A stretch of DNA of 38,187 nt, taken from the NCBI GenBank assembly GCA_963845175.1, contig CAWJRI010000013.1, positions 1 to 38,187 on the forward strand, read 5' to 3'. The notes beneath the pieces are model-generated. The model searched no databases, was not told the DNA's origin, and worked only from the letters and a program-made list of their open reading frames with translations. Below are positions 8,267 through 15,444 of the stretch, piece after piece; position 1 is the first letter of the stretch; each line of letters starts with the position of its first letter. Made by a program: the position numbers and the translations under genes. This DNA is from an uncultured archaeon (GTDB lineage: Archaea; Nanobdellota; Nanobdellia; Woesearchaeales; CAIVOO01).

Positions 8267-9011
8267 CTAAATCTGAATTTTCGAGAACATGTAGCTCCCG
8301 ATGGCGAGCAGAATTGCTGCGATAGACACTAGCACCAAAAGGTCTATAGATAGCCCATAGTGAAAAACTCCTGAAAACGCACCTCTAACTCCGTCAACTC
8401 CATAAGAGAGTGGGTTAATGCCCACTATCACATCCAATATTTTCGACAGGCCCTGCATCGGAAAAAGGGCGCCTGACAGGAAGAACAGTGGCATGACCAA
8501 GAAATTCATTATCAATTGAAAACCGTGGAAGTCCTGCATTCGCGATGCAATTGCTGTGCCTAACGCAGTGAATATTAAGGCCACAAGTACCATAAATATT
8601 AACGCAATTAAAAACGAGCTGATGCTCGGCACTTTGAAACCCACAAATAACGATAGGAGCAGCACGACAATCGCCTGAAAGATTGCAACAGTGGCGCCCC
8701 CGATTGTCCTGCCTGCCATAATCTGAAGGCGGGAAACAGGAGCCACCAGTGTTTCCTTCAAAAATCCGAACTGCCTGTCCCAGATTATTTCAATTCCTGA
8801 AGACAATGCCGTGAACAAAATGCTCATTGCAATAATTCCTGGGACAAAAATTGATGTAATTTCCCTGGCCTGCCTTCTGGAAAATAGGGCCAAAACCAAA
8901 GCCAAGCGCAAGCAAAAACAACAAAGGCTGTCCAAGTGCGCCAATCACTCTGGATCTTGAACGGAAGTATCTTTTCATCTGCCTCAGCCACATTATATAG
9001 ATTGCTCCCAT
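8267..9011 (-). CDS. ABC-2 type exporter permease; one frameshift near 8846-8852
   Basis: ORF 8790-9011 (MGAIYIMWLRQMKRYFRS...) continues into 8267-8944 (VPGIIAMSILF, DRQFGFLKETLVAPVSR, FLSGALFP, NPLSYGVDGVR) across a T-run. Confidence 0.88.
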
Positions 9012-9012
9012 T

Positions 9013-9804
9013 TTACCTGTTCCTCGCCCCGAGTCTCATTCTCATATTCTCAGTTGGCGTTGATTCCTCATCCCTTATCGCGTGCCCTGTAAGCTTGAAA
9101 AACGCATCTTCCAGATTTCTTGTTTGTTGTGTTCTTTTTAAGCTTTTTTGCAGTTCCTATGTCTATTATTTTCCCATAATCAATGATGGCAATATTGTCT
9201 GCAATCGTTCAGCCTCTTCCATGTAATGCGTTGTGAAAAACACAGTGATATTCTCTTTCTTATTTAATTTTTTGACATAATCCCAAATATGGTTTCTTGT
9301 CTGTGGGTCAAGCCCGATTGTCGGCTCGTCGAGAAAAAGTATTTTTGGATGATGGAGAAAACCGCGCGCAATTTCAAGCCTTCGCTTCATTCCGCCTGAA
9401 AATGTCTTTACCAGGCTGTCTCTCCTGTCCCAGAGCTCGACAAATTTAAGCAGCTCCTCTATCCTGCGCCTGAGCAATTTTTTCGGCACTTTGTAAAGAA
9501 TGCCGTGAAACTCTAGGTTCTCGTATGCAGTTAGTTCGTCGTCAGAGCTCGGGTCCTGAAAAACAATGCCGAAGCTTTTCCTCACAGTATTTTTTTCTTT
9601 GACTGGGTCTGCGCCGTTAAGCGACAAAGAGCCGCTGGAAGGCTCCAAAAGAGTTGTGAGCATCTTTATTGTTGTTGTCTTGCCTGCGCCGTTCGGCCCG
9701 AGAAAAGCGAAAATCTCGCCTTCGTTAACACTAAATGAAATATTATCGACTGCAGTTAATTTGTGGAACTTCTTTGTTAAGTTACTGACTTGTATTGAAA
9801 TCAT
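9013..9804 (-). CDS. ABC exporter ATP-binding subunit (DrrA-like); two frameshifts near 9205 and 9125
   Basis: GPNGAGKTT, FSGGMKRR, LFLDEPT, TTHYMEEAE. The C-terminus (IADNIAIIDYGKII... and NLEDAFFKLTG) lies in shifted frames. The true start is ATG 9804; the ORF-track extension runs through a tRNA. Confidence 0.88.
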
Positions 9805-9838
9805 TTGTTCAGTGCTCCTTTCTGTGGTAAAGTGAATA

Positions 9839-9936
9839 TGGGCCCGCGGAGATTTGAACTCCGGACCACTGGCTCTCTTAAGCTCCAATGGCGGCCATAT
9901 AAGACCAGCGCTCCAACCAGGCTGAGCTACGGGCCC
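9839..9936 (-). tRNA. tRNA-Ile(UAU) with a 23-nt intron at 37/38 (9875-9897)
   Basis: GGGCCCGTAGCTCAGCCTGGTTGGAGCGCTGGTCT-TAT-A|intron|AGCCAGTGGTCCGGAGTTCAAATCTCCGCGGGCCCA. BHB helix CTTA/TAAG with bulges TA|T and AG|A. Acceptor and T arms are identical to tRNA-Ile(GAU) at 18465-18538. Confidence 0.92.
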
Positions 9937-9997
9937 AATGATATTCAAAACTTTAATATTTGTTTATAAAACTTTCGCGAATGAGAAAAATAATCTA

Positions 9998-10070
9998 TGC
10001 GCCGGCCGGGATTCGGACCCGGGTCACAAGCTTGGCAAGCTTGTGTCATAACCAACTAGACTACCGGCGC
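9998..10070 (-). tRNA. tRNA-Gly(GCC)
   Basis: Cloverleaf GCGCCGG...CAAGC-TT-GCC-AA-GCTTG...CCGGCGCA; the T-loop reads TCCGAAT. Confidence 0.93.
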
Positions 10071-10165
10071 AGATAACAGACAAACGCTTAATCGACATAT
10101 ATAAATATTTCTATATTTCGCAAAACCATAAAGCTTAAAAGGTGGGAGATGCAATTTATGGCGCA

Positions 10166-10864
10166 ATGAAAAAATTGGTGTTTTTAGCTGCGGTCCTGCT
10201 GTTATTAATGGGCTGCACCCAAAAGGTGGTTGAAGAAAAAAATATAACTGAAGCTCCGGTAAAGGAAGTTCCAACGGAATTAAAGAATTATGTTTATTAT
10301 GGCAATGAAAACGGGAGCGCAATGTTTGATGTTCTGACAGAATCAGGCAAAGTATTAAACTATTATCTATGGGTAAAAAACAGCGGTGCTGAGGAAAAAT
10401 GCAAGGTGCTTAGGCACGAAGGCGATTTCACGTTCTTGGACAGAAATTATGAGTGGCTCAGCCCCGGCCAAAATAAAATCAGGCTTATCAGCATAGTCCC
10501 ACCTACATATTTGATTGGAAACATGACTATCAGCGACAAAGAAGTTATCTGTGTGGCCGGGAATCTTACTGCAAATTACACGCCTTCATTCAGGATGAGG
10601 TTCTGGAGCTTGTATGACAAGTACGGCGACTGGAATCCAAATTTAGTTGTATTGAAAAAGAATGAAGAGAGTAAATACGAAAAAGACGGTCTGTTGTTGA
10701 ATTTCAAGCTGCTGGACATCCAATACGAGAAATGCCAGCTGGCACTTAACAACCAGACATTCTGGATGAATGAAAAGGGCACAAAAGATTTCGGCAACTT
10801 CACACTTATTCTTGGCAGAGCGTATTCTTACAGCGAATGTGATTTTGTTGTGATGAATAAATAG
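10166..10864 (+). CDS. Putative secreted lipoprotein
   Basis: MKKLVFLAAVLLLLMGC is a lipobox-like signal; several N-x-S/T sequons follow. Confidence 0.8.
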   Translation: MKKLVFLAAVLLLLMGCTQKVVEEKNITEAPVKEVPTELKNYVYYGNENGSAMFDVLTESGKVLNYYLWVKNSGAEEKCKVLRHEGDFTFLDRNYEWLSPGQNKIRLISIVPPTYLIGNMTISDKEVICVAGNLTANYTPSFRMRFWSLYDKYGDWNPNLVVLKKNEESKYEKDGLLLNFKLLDIQYEKCQLALNNQTFWMNEKGTKDFGNFTLILGRAYSYSECDFVVMNK

Positions 10865-10877
10865 AAAAGTAATATAA

Positions 10878-10965
10878 AATAACCCCAACTCGCAAGCTTA
10901 AAGAAAACTCCGACTGAAGTCGAAATTTTCAGACTTTTTCTTTCGAAAAATCGTCCGGGATTATT
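10878..10965. repeat. Palindromic repeat family A copy with a 53-bp nested insert containing a family B hairpin
   Basis: aataaccccaactcgcaagc[10898-10950]tcgtccgggattatt matches the copies at 18417-18451 and 18592-18626. Confidence 0.85.
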
Positions 10966-10982
10966 TGTATTGGATTTAGAAT

Positions 10983-11136
10983 ATGGGCCCGCCCGGATCG
11001 AAGCGGAGCAAATTTTACTAAAATTTGATTAAAGGTGATGCGGCTAAAGCGCATTACGCAAATTCTAACAAAGAATGAAAGATTTGCGGTAGCTATTATG
11101 CCCTCGAACAAATAAATCGAATGGGCCCGCCCGGAT
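10983..11136. repeat. 16-bp direct repeat of the tRNA-Val 3' end flanking ~120 bp of hairpins
   Basis: atgggcccgcccggat at 10983-10998 and 11121-11136. Confidence 0.88.
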
Positions 11137-11209
11137 TCGAACCGGGGACCTTCGCCTTTCTGAGCATATGCTTGTAAGGGCGACGTCATAACCGCTAGAC
11201 TACGGGCCC
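11122..11209 (-). tRNA. tRNA-Val(UAC) with a 15-nt intron at 37/38 (11158-11172)
   Basis: TCGCC-CT-TAC-A|AGCATATGCTCAGAA|A-GGCGA, with a relaxed BHB (one mismatch in the central helix) and a normal T arm. Confidence 0.92.
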
Positions 11210-11285
11210 GACAGGCATTTAAGATTTAGAATTGTTTAAAAAGGTTTTGAAAATTAAAAGAAATTTAATAAAAAAAATAAAAAAT

Positions 11286-11849
11286 TTATCTCATGCAGCT
11301 TTTACCTTTGACTACATAAATTCTCTGGTTAAAGCAGGCTTTGCCGTCTTTCATTGGAAGCGCAAGCATTTCTACAACATTCTTTTCCGGCACATTAAAT
11401 ACGACATTTGCATTCTGTGCTCCGCTTGTCGTGTCTTTCCAATAGCTGACTTTTCCGTCAGTGTCTGTCATGTAAAACCAGACGCCCTCTATTCCTGCAA
11501 CTCCCTGCCCTTTCAGTGTCAAGGCAACGCTGTCTGCGCCGATTGCGCATGTTCCAGGAACATAGCCAATTGCATTGTTGATTGGGCACATCTGTATCTC
11601 TTCAGGTTTTCCCCCTGCAGATGATGGTCCTGGTGTTGTTGGCGTTGATATAGCTGGCGTTTGCGGTCCTGTTGGTTGGACAGGTGCTGGCGCAGGTTTC
11701 ATCAATGCCTTGACAAGCAGGATAAGCACTACAATCACAATTATTGCTATTACAATTCCTGTAATATATCTGCCTTTCTCTTCTTTTTTAGCAGGCTTTG
11801 CTTCCTTTGCTGGTTTAGCTTCCACTGCTTTCTTTTTCTTCTTTGCCAT
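11286..11849 (-). CDS. Single-pass membrane protein
   Basis: Lys-rich N-tail, one TM helix, Pro/Thr linker and a small Cys-containing beta domain. Confidence 0.8.
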   Translation of the reverse strand: MAKKKKKAVEAKPAKEAKPAKKEEKGRYITGIVIAIIVIVVLILLVKALMKPAPAPVQPTGPQTPAISTPTTPGPSSAGGKPEEIQMCPINNAIGYVPGTCAIGADSVALTLKGQGVAGIEGVWFYMTDTDGKVSYWKDTTSGAQNANVVFNVPEKNVVEMLALPMKDGKACFNQRIYVVKGKSCMR

Positions 11850-11971
11850 CAGAACAACCTCCTTTTTCTTTTTTTTTGAATATGAATTAATACAAACTCA
11901 GAACAAAGATATATTTAAATCTATCGTTTTTTTGGGTTAAATTTATAAATAAAGAATATTAAAAAAATATT

Positions 11972-12706
11972 ATGGCAGTAAACGAAGACATCATGAACAT
12001 GCTCCTGAAAGAAGATGATATCAGCTGGCAGTCCATTATTTATGAGCTTGTTAGGACAGAGCAGATAGATCCCTGGGACATTGACATTTCGCTGCTTTCG
12101 CAGAAATACATAGAGGTTGTCAAGAAATTGCATGAGTTTGATTTCAGGCTGTCTGGCAAGGTTCTGCTTGCTGCGGCAATTCTGCTGCACATAAAATCAG
12201 TAAGGTTCATTGAAACTGACATAACCAACCTTAACAACCTGATGAATCCGCCTGCGGCGCTTGATGAAGACAGCTACTACGAACAGCTGCCTCTGAAAAA
12301 TCTTCCAATGGACAAAATCACATTGATTCCAAAAACGCCTCAGCCGAGAAAGAGAAAGGTTTCTGTCTACGACCTGATTGACGCGCTGACAAAGGCGCTG
12401 GAAGTCAGGAGAAGGAGGGTTTTAAGGGATGTTGATGTGCCTGAAATGATTGTGCCTGAAAAAAGGGTTGACATAACAAAAGTGATTTATGAGCTTTACC
12501 AGCAGATAAAGAAGATGTTTGGCTCAAAGGACAAGGTTTTTTTCACAGACCTTATCGGTAACAGCGGAACAAAGGAGGACAAGGTCTACACGTTCGTGCC
12601 ATTGCTCCACCTGACAAACCAGGGCAAGATAGACCTGGCGCAGGAGGTTGATTTCGGCGACATAGAAGTGAAGCTTCCCGGCGCGAAAGAGGTAAAAAAT
12701 GCCTGA
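11972..12706 (+). CDS. scpA: Segregation and condensation protein A (kleisin)
   Basis: IDPWDIDI, SGKVLLAAAILLHIKS, RKVSVYDLIDAL, FVPLLHL...KIDLAQEVDFGDI. Confidence 0.92.
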   Translation: MAVNEDIMNMLLKEDDISWQSIIYELVRTEQIDPWDIDISLLSQKYIEVVKKLHEFDFRLSGKVLLAAAILLHIKSVRFIETDITNLNNLMNPPAALDEDSYYEQLPLKNLPMDKITLIPKTPQPRKRKVSVYDLIDALTKALEVRRRRVLRDVDVPEMIVPEKRVDITKVIYELYQQIKKMFGSKDKVFFTDLIGNSGTKEDKVYTFVPLLHLTNQGKIDLAQEVDFGDIEVKLPGAKEVKNA

Positions 12707-13100
12707 GAAGGAAAAGGAGATGCAGGAGAAGTATTTCGAAATGCAGATTATCGGACAGCAGATGAAGCAGCTTCAGCAGCAGGCGATGGCTGTCGAAACC
12801 CAGATTGCTGAATTGGATATTTCAATGGACGGGATTAAAAATATCAAGAAAGCAAATGTGGACGATGCTGTCATGTTTCCAATAACTCCCGGAATTTTCC
12901 TGAGGGGCTCGCTTAAGGACAACAGGAAATGCATTGTCAATGTCGGCGCAGGGACTGCCGTCGAAAAAACAATAGAGGACGCGGCTGAGATGCTTGAGTC
13001 GCAGAAGCAGGAGCTTGCAAGGTTCAGGGAGGAGATTTTCAAAAACCTCCAGCTGCTTGAGAAGCGCGCGATGGAGCTGGAAGAAGAATTTCAAAAGTAA
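12699..13100 (+). CDS. pfdA: Prefoldin alpha subunit
   Basis: Coiled coils flanking FPITPGIFLRG...IVNVGAGTAVEKT. Confidence 0.93.
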   Translation: MPEKEKEMQEKYFEMQIIGQQMKQLQQQAMAVETQIAELDISMDGIKNIKKANVDDAVMFPITPGIFLRGSLKDNRKCIVNVGAGTAVEKTIEDAAEMLESQKQELARFREEIFKNLQLLEKRAMELEEEFQK

Positions 13101-13132
13101 AATAATTATTTTTATTCACGAGGTTCATAAAA

Positions 13133-14317
13133 ATGTTTAAGTTTCTTAAGGACAAACTGAAGAAGGCTGTTTCTATATTTTCAAAAAAGGTTGAAGAAGA
13201 AGTAGAGGAAAAGCCGAAGAAAGCTAAGGCATTAAAAAAAGAAAAAAAGCTGAAGGCAAAAGCTGAGAAACCAAAGGCCAAAGAAATCAAGCCGAAGAAA
13301 GAGAAAAAAGTTGAGGAAAAGAAAGAAGAAAAAATTGAGGAGAAGCCTGATGAAAAAGGGTTTTTTGCAAAGCTCAAGGATAAGTTTACTGGCGAAGAAA
13401 AGGCTGAAGAAGGGAAGGAAGAAGTTGAAGAAAAAAAAGGATTCTTTGAAAGAGTCGGCGAGGTTTTCACGACAAAAACGCTTTCTGAAGGCAAGTTTGA
13501 GGAGATATTCAGCGAGCTTGAGATGGCTATGCTTGAGAACAATGTCGCGCTTTCTGTCATCGAGAAAATAAAAAAAGACATGAGCGAGAAGCTTGTGAAC
13601 CAGAAATTAAGAAGAGGGCAGATTGAAGACACAATTGAAAATTCACTTAAGGAAAGCATCGAAGGGCTGATGAAAGAAAAGGAGGATTTCCTGAAAAAAA
13701 TAAGGGATGTCCTGAAGGAGAAAAGGCCGTGTGTCGTGTGTTTCTTTGGAATCAACGGCTCCGGAAAAACTACAACAATCGCAAAGCTCGCGAATCTGCT
13801 GAAGAAAAATAATTTTACCTGCGTACTTGCTGCAGCTGACACATTCAGGGCAGCTGCGATTGACCAGCTGCAGAAGCACGGCGACAAGCTGGGGATAAAA
13901 GTCATAAAGCAGGAGTATGGCTCAGATGCCGCTGCTGTTGCGTTCGACGCAATCGAGCACGCAAAGGCGCACAGGATTGATGTGGTGCTGATTGACACAG
14001 CAGGAAGGAGCCACTCAAATGCCAACCTGATGGACGAACTGGCAAAGATAATGAGGGTGACGAAGCCGGACATAAAGGTGTTTGTCGGCGATTCTCTGAC
14101 AGGCAATGATATGGTTGAGCAGGCTGAGATTTACACAGAGAAGACAGGCATCGATGGCATTGTGCTGGCAAAGGCAGATGTCGACGAGAAAGGCGGCGCA
14201 ATCATTTCTGTTTCTTACGTGACGAGAAAGCCGATTTATTATCTTGGCGTCGGGCAGGCGTACGACGATATTGAGAAGTTCGACGAAAAGAAAATTATGA
14301 AGAATCTATTCGGATAA
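13133..14317 (+). CDS. ftsY: SRP receptor FtsY
   Basis: GINGSGKTT, DTFRAAA, DTAGR, AKAD..KGG, LGVGQAYDD; charged N-terminal extension. Confidence 0.97.
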   Translation: MFKFLKDKLKKAVSIFSKKVEEEVEEKPKKAKALKKEKKLKAKAEKPKAKEIKPKKEKKVEEKKEEKIEEKPDEKGFFAKLKDKFTGEEKAEEGKEEVEEKKGFFERVGEVFTTKTLSEGKFEEIFSELEMAMLENNVALSVIEKIKKDMSEKLVNQKLRRGQIEDTIENSLKESIEGLMKEKEDFLKKIRDVLKEKRPCVVCFFGINGSGKTTTIAKLANLLKKNNFTCVLAAADTFRAAAIDQLQKHGDKLGIKVIKQEYGSDAAAVAFDAIEHAKAHRIDVVLIDTAGRSHSNANLMDELAKIMRVTKPDIKVFVGDSLTGNDMVEQAEIYTEKTGIDGIVLAKADVDEKGGAIISVSYVTRKPIYYLGVGQAYDDIEKFDEKKIMKNLFG

Positions 14318-14348
14318 TTGCGAAGAATTTATGGTTTTTGTAGAAACA

Positions 14349-14356
14349 TTTATTAA
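14349..14356 (+). promoter_or_regulatory. TATA box of the pheA transcription unit
   Basis: TTTATTAA preceded by a BRE-like GAAA; 23 nt before ATG 14379, the same spacing as other leaderless genes in the window. Confidence 0.75.
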
Positions 14357-14378
14357 CAAGCAAAACATATAATATTCT

Positions 14379-14420
14379 ATGGCTGAATCAAATTTTTTTG
14401 GTTTTGAATTCTTTTGCTAA
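14379..14420 (+). CDS. Putative Phe-rich leader peptide MAESNFFGFEFFC (pheL-like uORF)
   Basis: ATG GCT GAA TCA AAT TTT TTT GGT TTT GAA TTC TTT TGC TAA: 5 of 13 codons are Phe, and it lies directly upstream of prephenate dehydratase. Confidence 0.7.
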   Translation: MAESNFFGFEFFC

Positions 14421-14529
14421 TTCCGCCCCTCATAAGCTTTTTCTCAATGCGGCTGGTTTGAAAAACCGCTCTGCCGCCGGCGAAAACAGGGGCTTGTTCT
14501 GAATCATACAAATCATGGAGGCAAACAAA

Positions 14530-15369
14530 ATGAAAATCGCTTATTTAGGGCCGAAAGGAACGTTCACAGAGGATGCGGCGAAGATGGCTGCGAAAAGATT
14601 GAATAGAGCAGAGCTAGTGCATATGAGATCAATAGATTCTGTCGCAAGAAGTGTGGCTGGAAAAGAGGCAAAGCTTGGGGTGATGGCCTGCTACAACTAT
14701 CTCGAAGGGCTTGTGCAGGAGTGCCTTGACTTGGTTTACGAAAACAACCTAAAGATTGTCGGCGCAGAAAGGGTTTATGTAAAGTTTGCGATTGGTATGA
14801 AAAATGGAAACGCCGACTTTGGCAGGGTCTACTCGCATCAGAAGGCGCTGGCGCAGTGCTCAAATTATCTGTTCCAAAACTATCCGAAGGCACAGCAGAT
14901 TCCTGTTGCGAGCACTTCAAAAGCAGTGGAGGAGGCAGTCAATAACGGCGGGCTTGCTATAGCAAAGAAAGAAGCGTTGAAGAACATTGCAGTTCTGGCA
15001 GAAGACGTGGGAAACAAAAAGCACGGAAGAAAAAACTTCACTGACTTTTACGTTGTTGCCAGAGACTACTGCAGCGAAATTCCGGAAAATCCGCTGACAA
15101 TGGTTGCGATAACGCCGCGAATTGACAGGCCAATGCTTTTGCATGACTTGTTGGGAAAGATTGATTTGAACATTGAAAAAATACATTCAAGGCCTGCAAT
15201 AGACAAAGTTAATTTGGGCAACAACGGCGAGCCGCAGATGTTTTACCTGGAGATTGCCAGCCACATAGAATCAGATGAATTCAAGAAATGCATGGACGAA
15301 ATTAATGCGCTGGAGAAAGGCAAAATAACAGTCAGGATACTCGGCTCGTATGAAAAGCTGGGGAACTGA
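14530..15369 (+). CDS. pheA: Prephenate dehydratase-like protein with ACT domain (alternative start 14515)
   Basis: IAYLGPKGTFTE, YSHQKALAQC..YL, ASTSKA, IHSRP, FYLEI, RILGSY. GGAGG lies at 14517-14521 before ATG 14530. Confidence 0.88.
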   Translation: MKIAYLGPKGTFTEDAAKMAAKRLNRAELVHMRSIDSVARSVAGKEAKLGVMACYNYLEGLVQECLDLVYENNLKIVGAERVYVKFAIGMKNGNADFGRVYSHQKALAQCSNYLFQNYPKAQQIPVASTSKAVEEAVNNGGLAIAKKEALKNIAVLAEDVGNKKHGRKNFTDFYVVARDYCSEIPENPLTMVAITPRIDRPMLLHDLLGKIDLNIEKIHSRPAIDKVNLGNNGEPQMFYLEIASHIESDEFKKCMDEINALEKGKITVRILGSYEKLGN

Positions 15370-15444
15370 TTTTTTATTTTTTATAAAACACAAACATTTA
15401 TATATGGCAGATATACTAATTTCTTGAAAATAAAAGGTGTTTTA

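Noticed and set aside
9805-9948. N-terminal extension of the ABC ATPase in the ORF track
   Set aside because: It is read through tRNA-Ile(UAU); the real start is ATG 9804.
10929-11189. 86-aa ORF with a repeated SGRAH (also ORFs 18679-18870 and 31676-31870)
   Set aside because: Translations of tRNA genes or palindrome arrays.
13039-14106. 355-aa minus-strand ORF
   Set aside because: Antisense shadow of ftsY, with the Phe/Ser-rich composition expected from reversed Lys/Glu codons.
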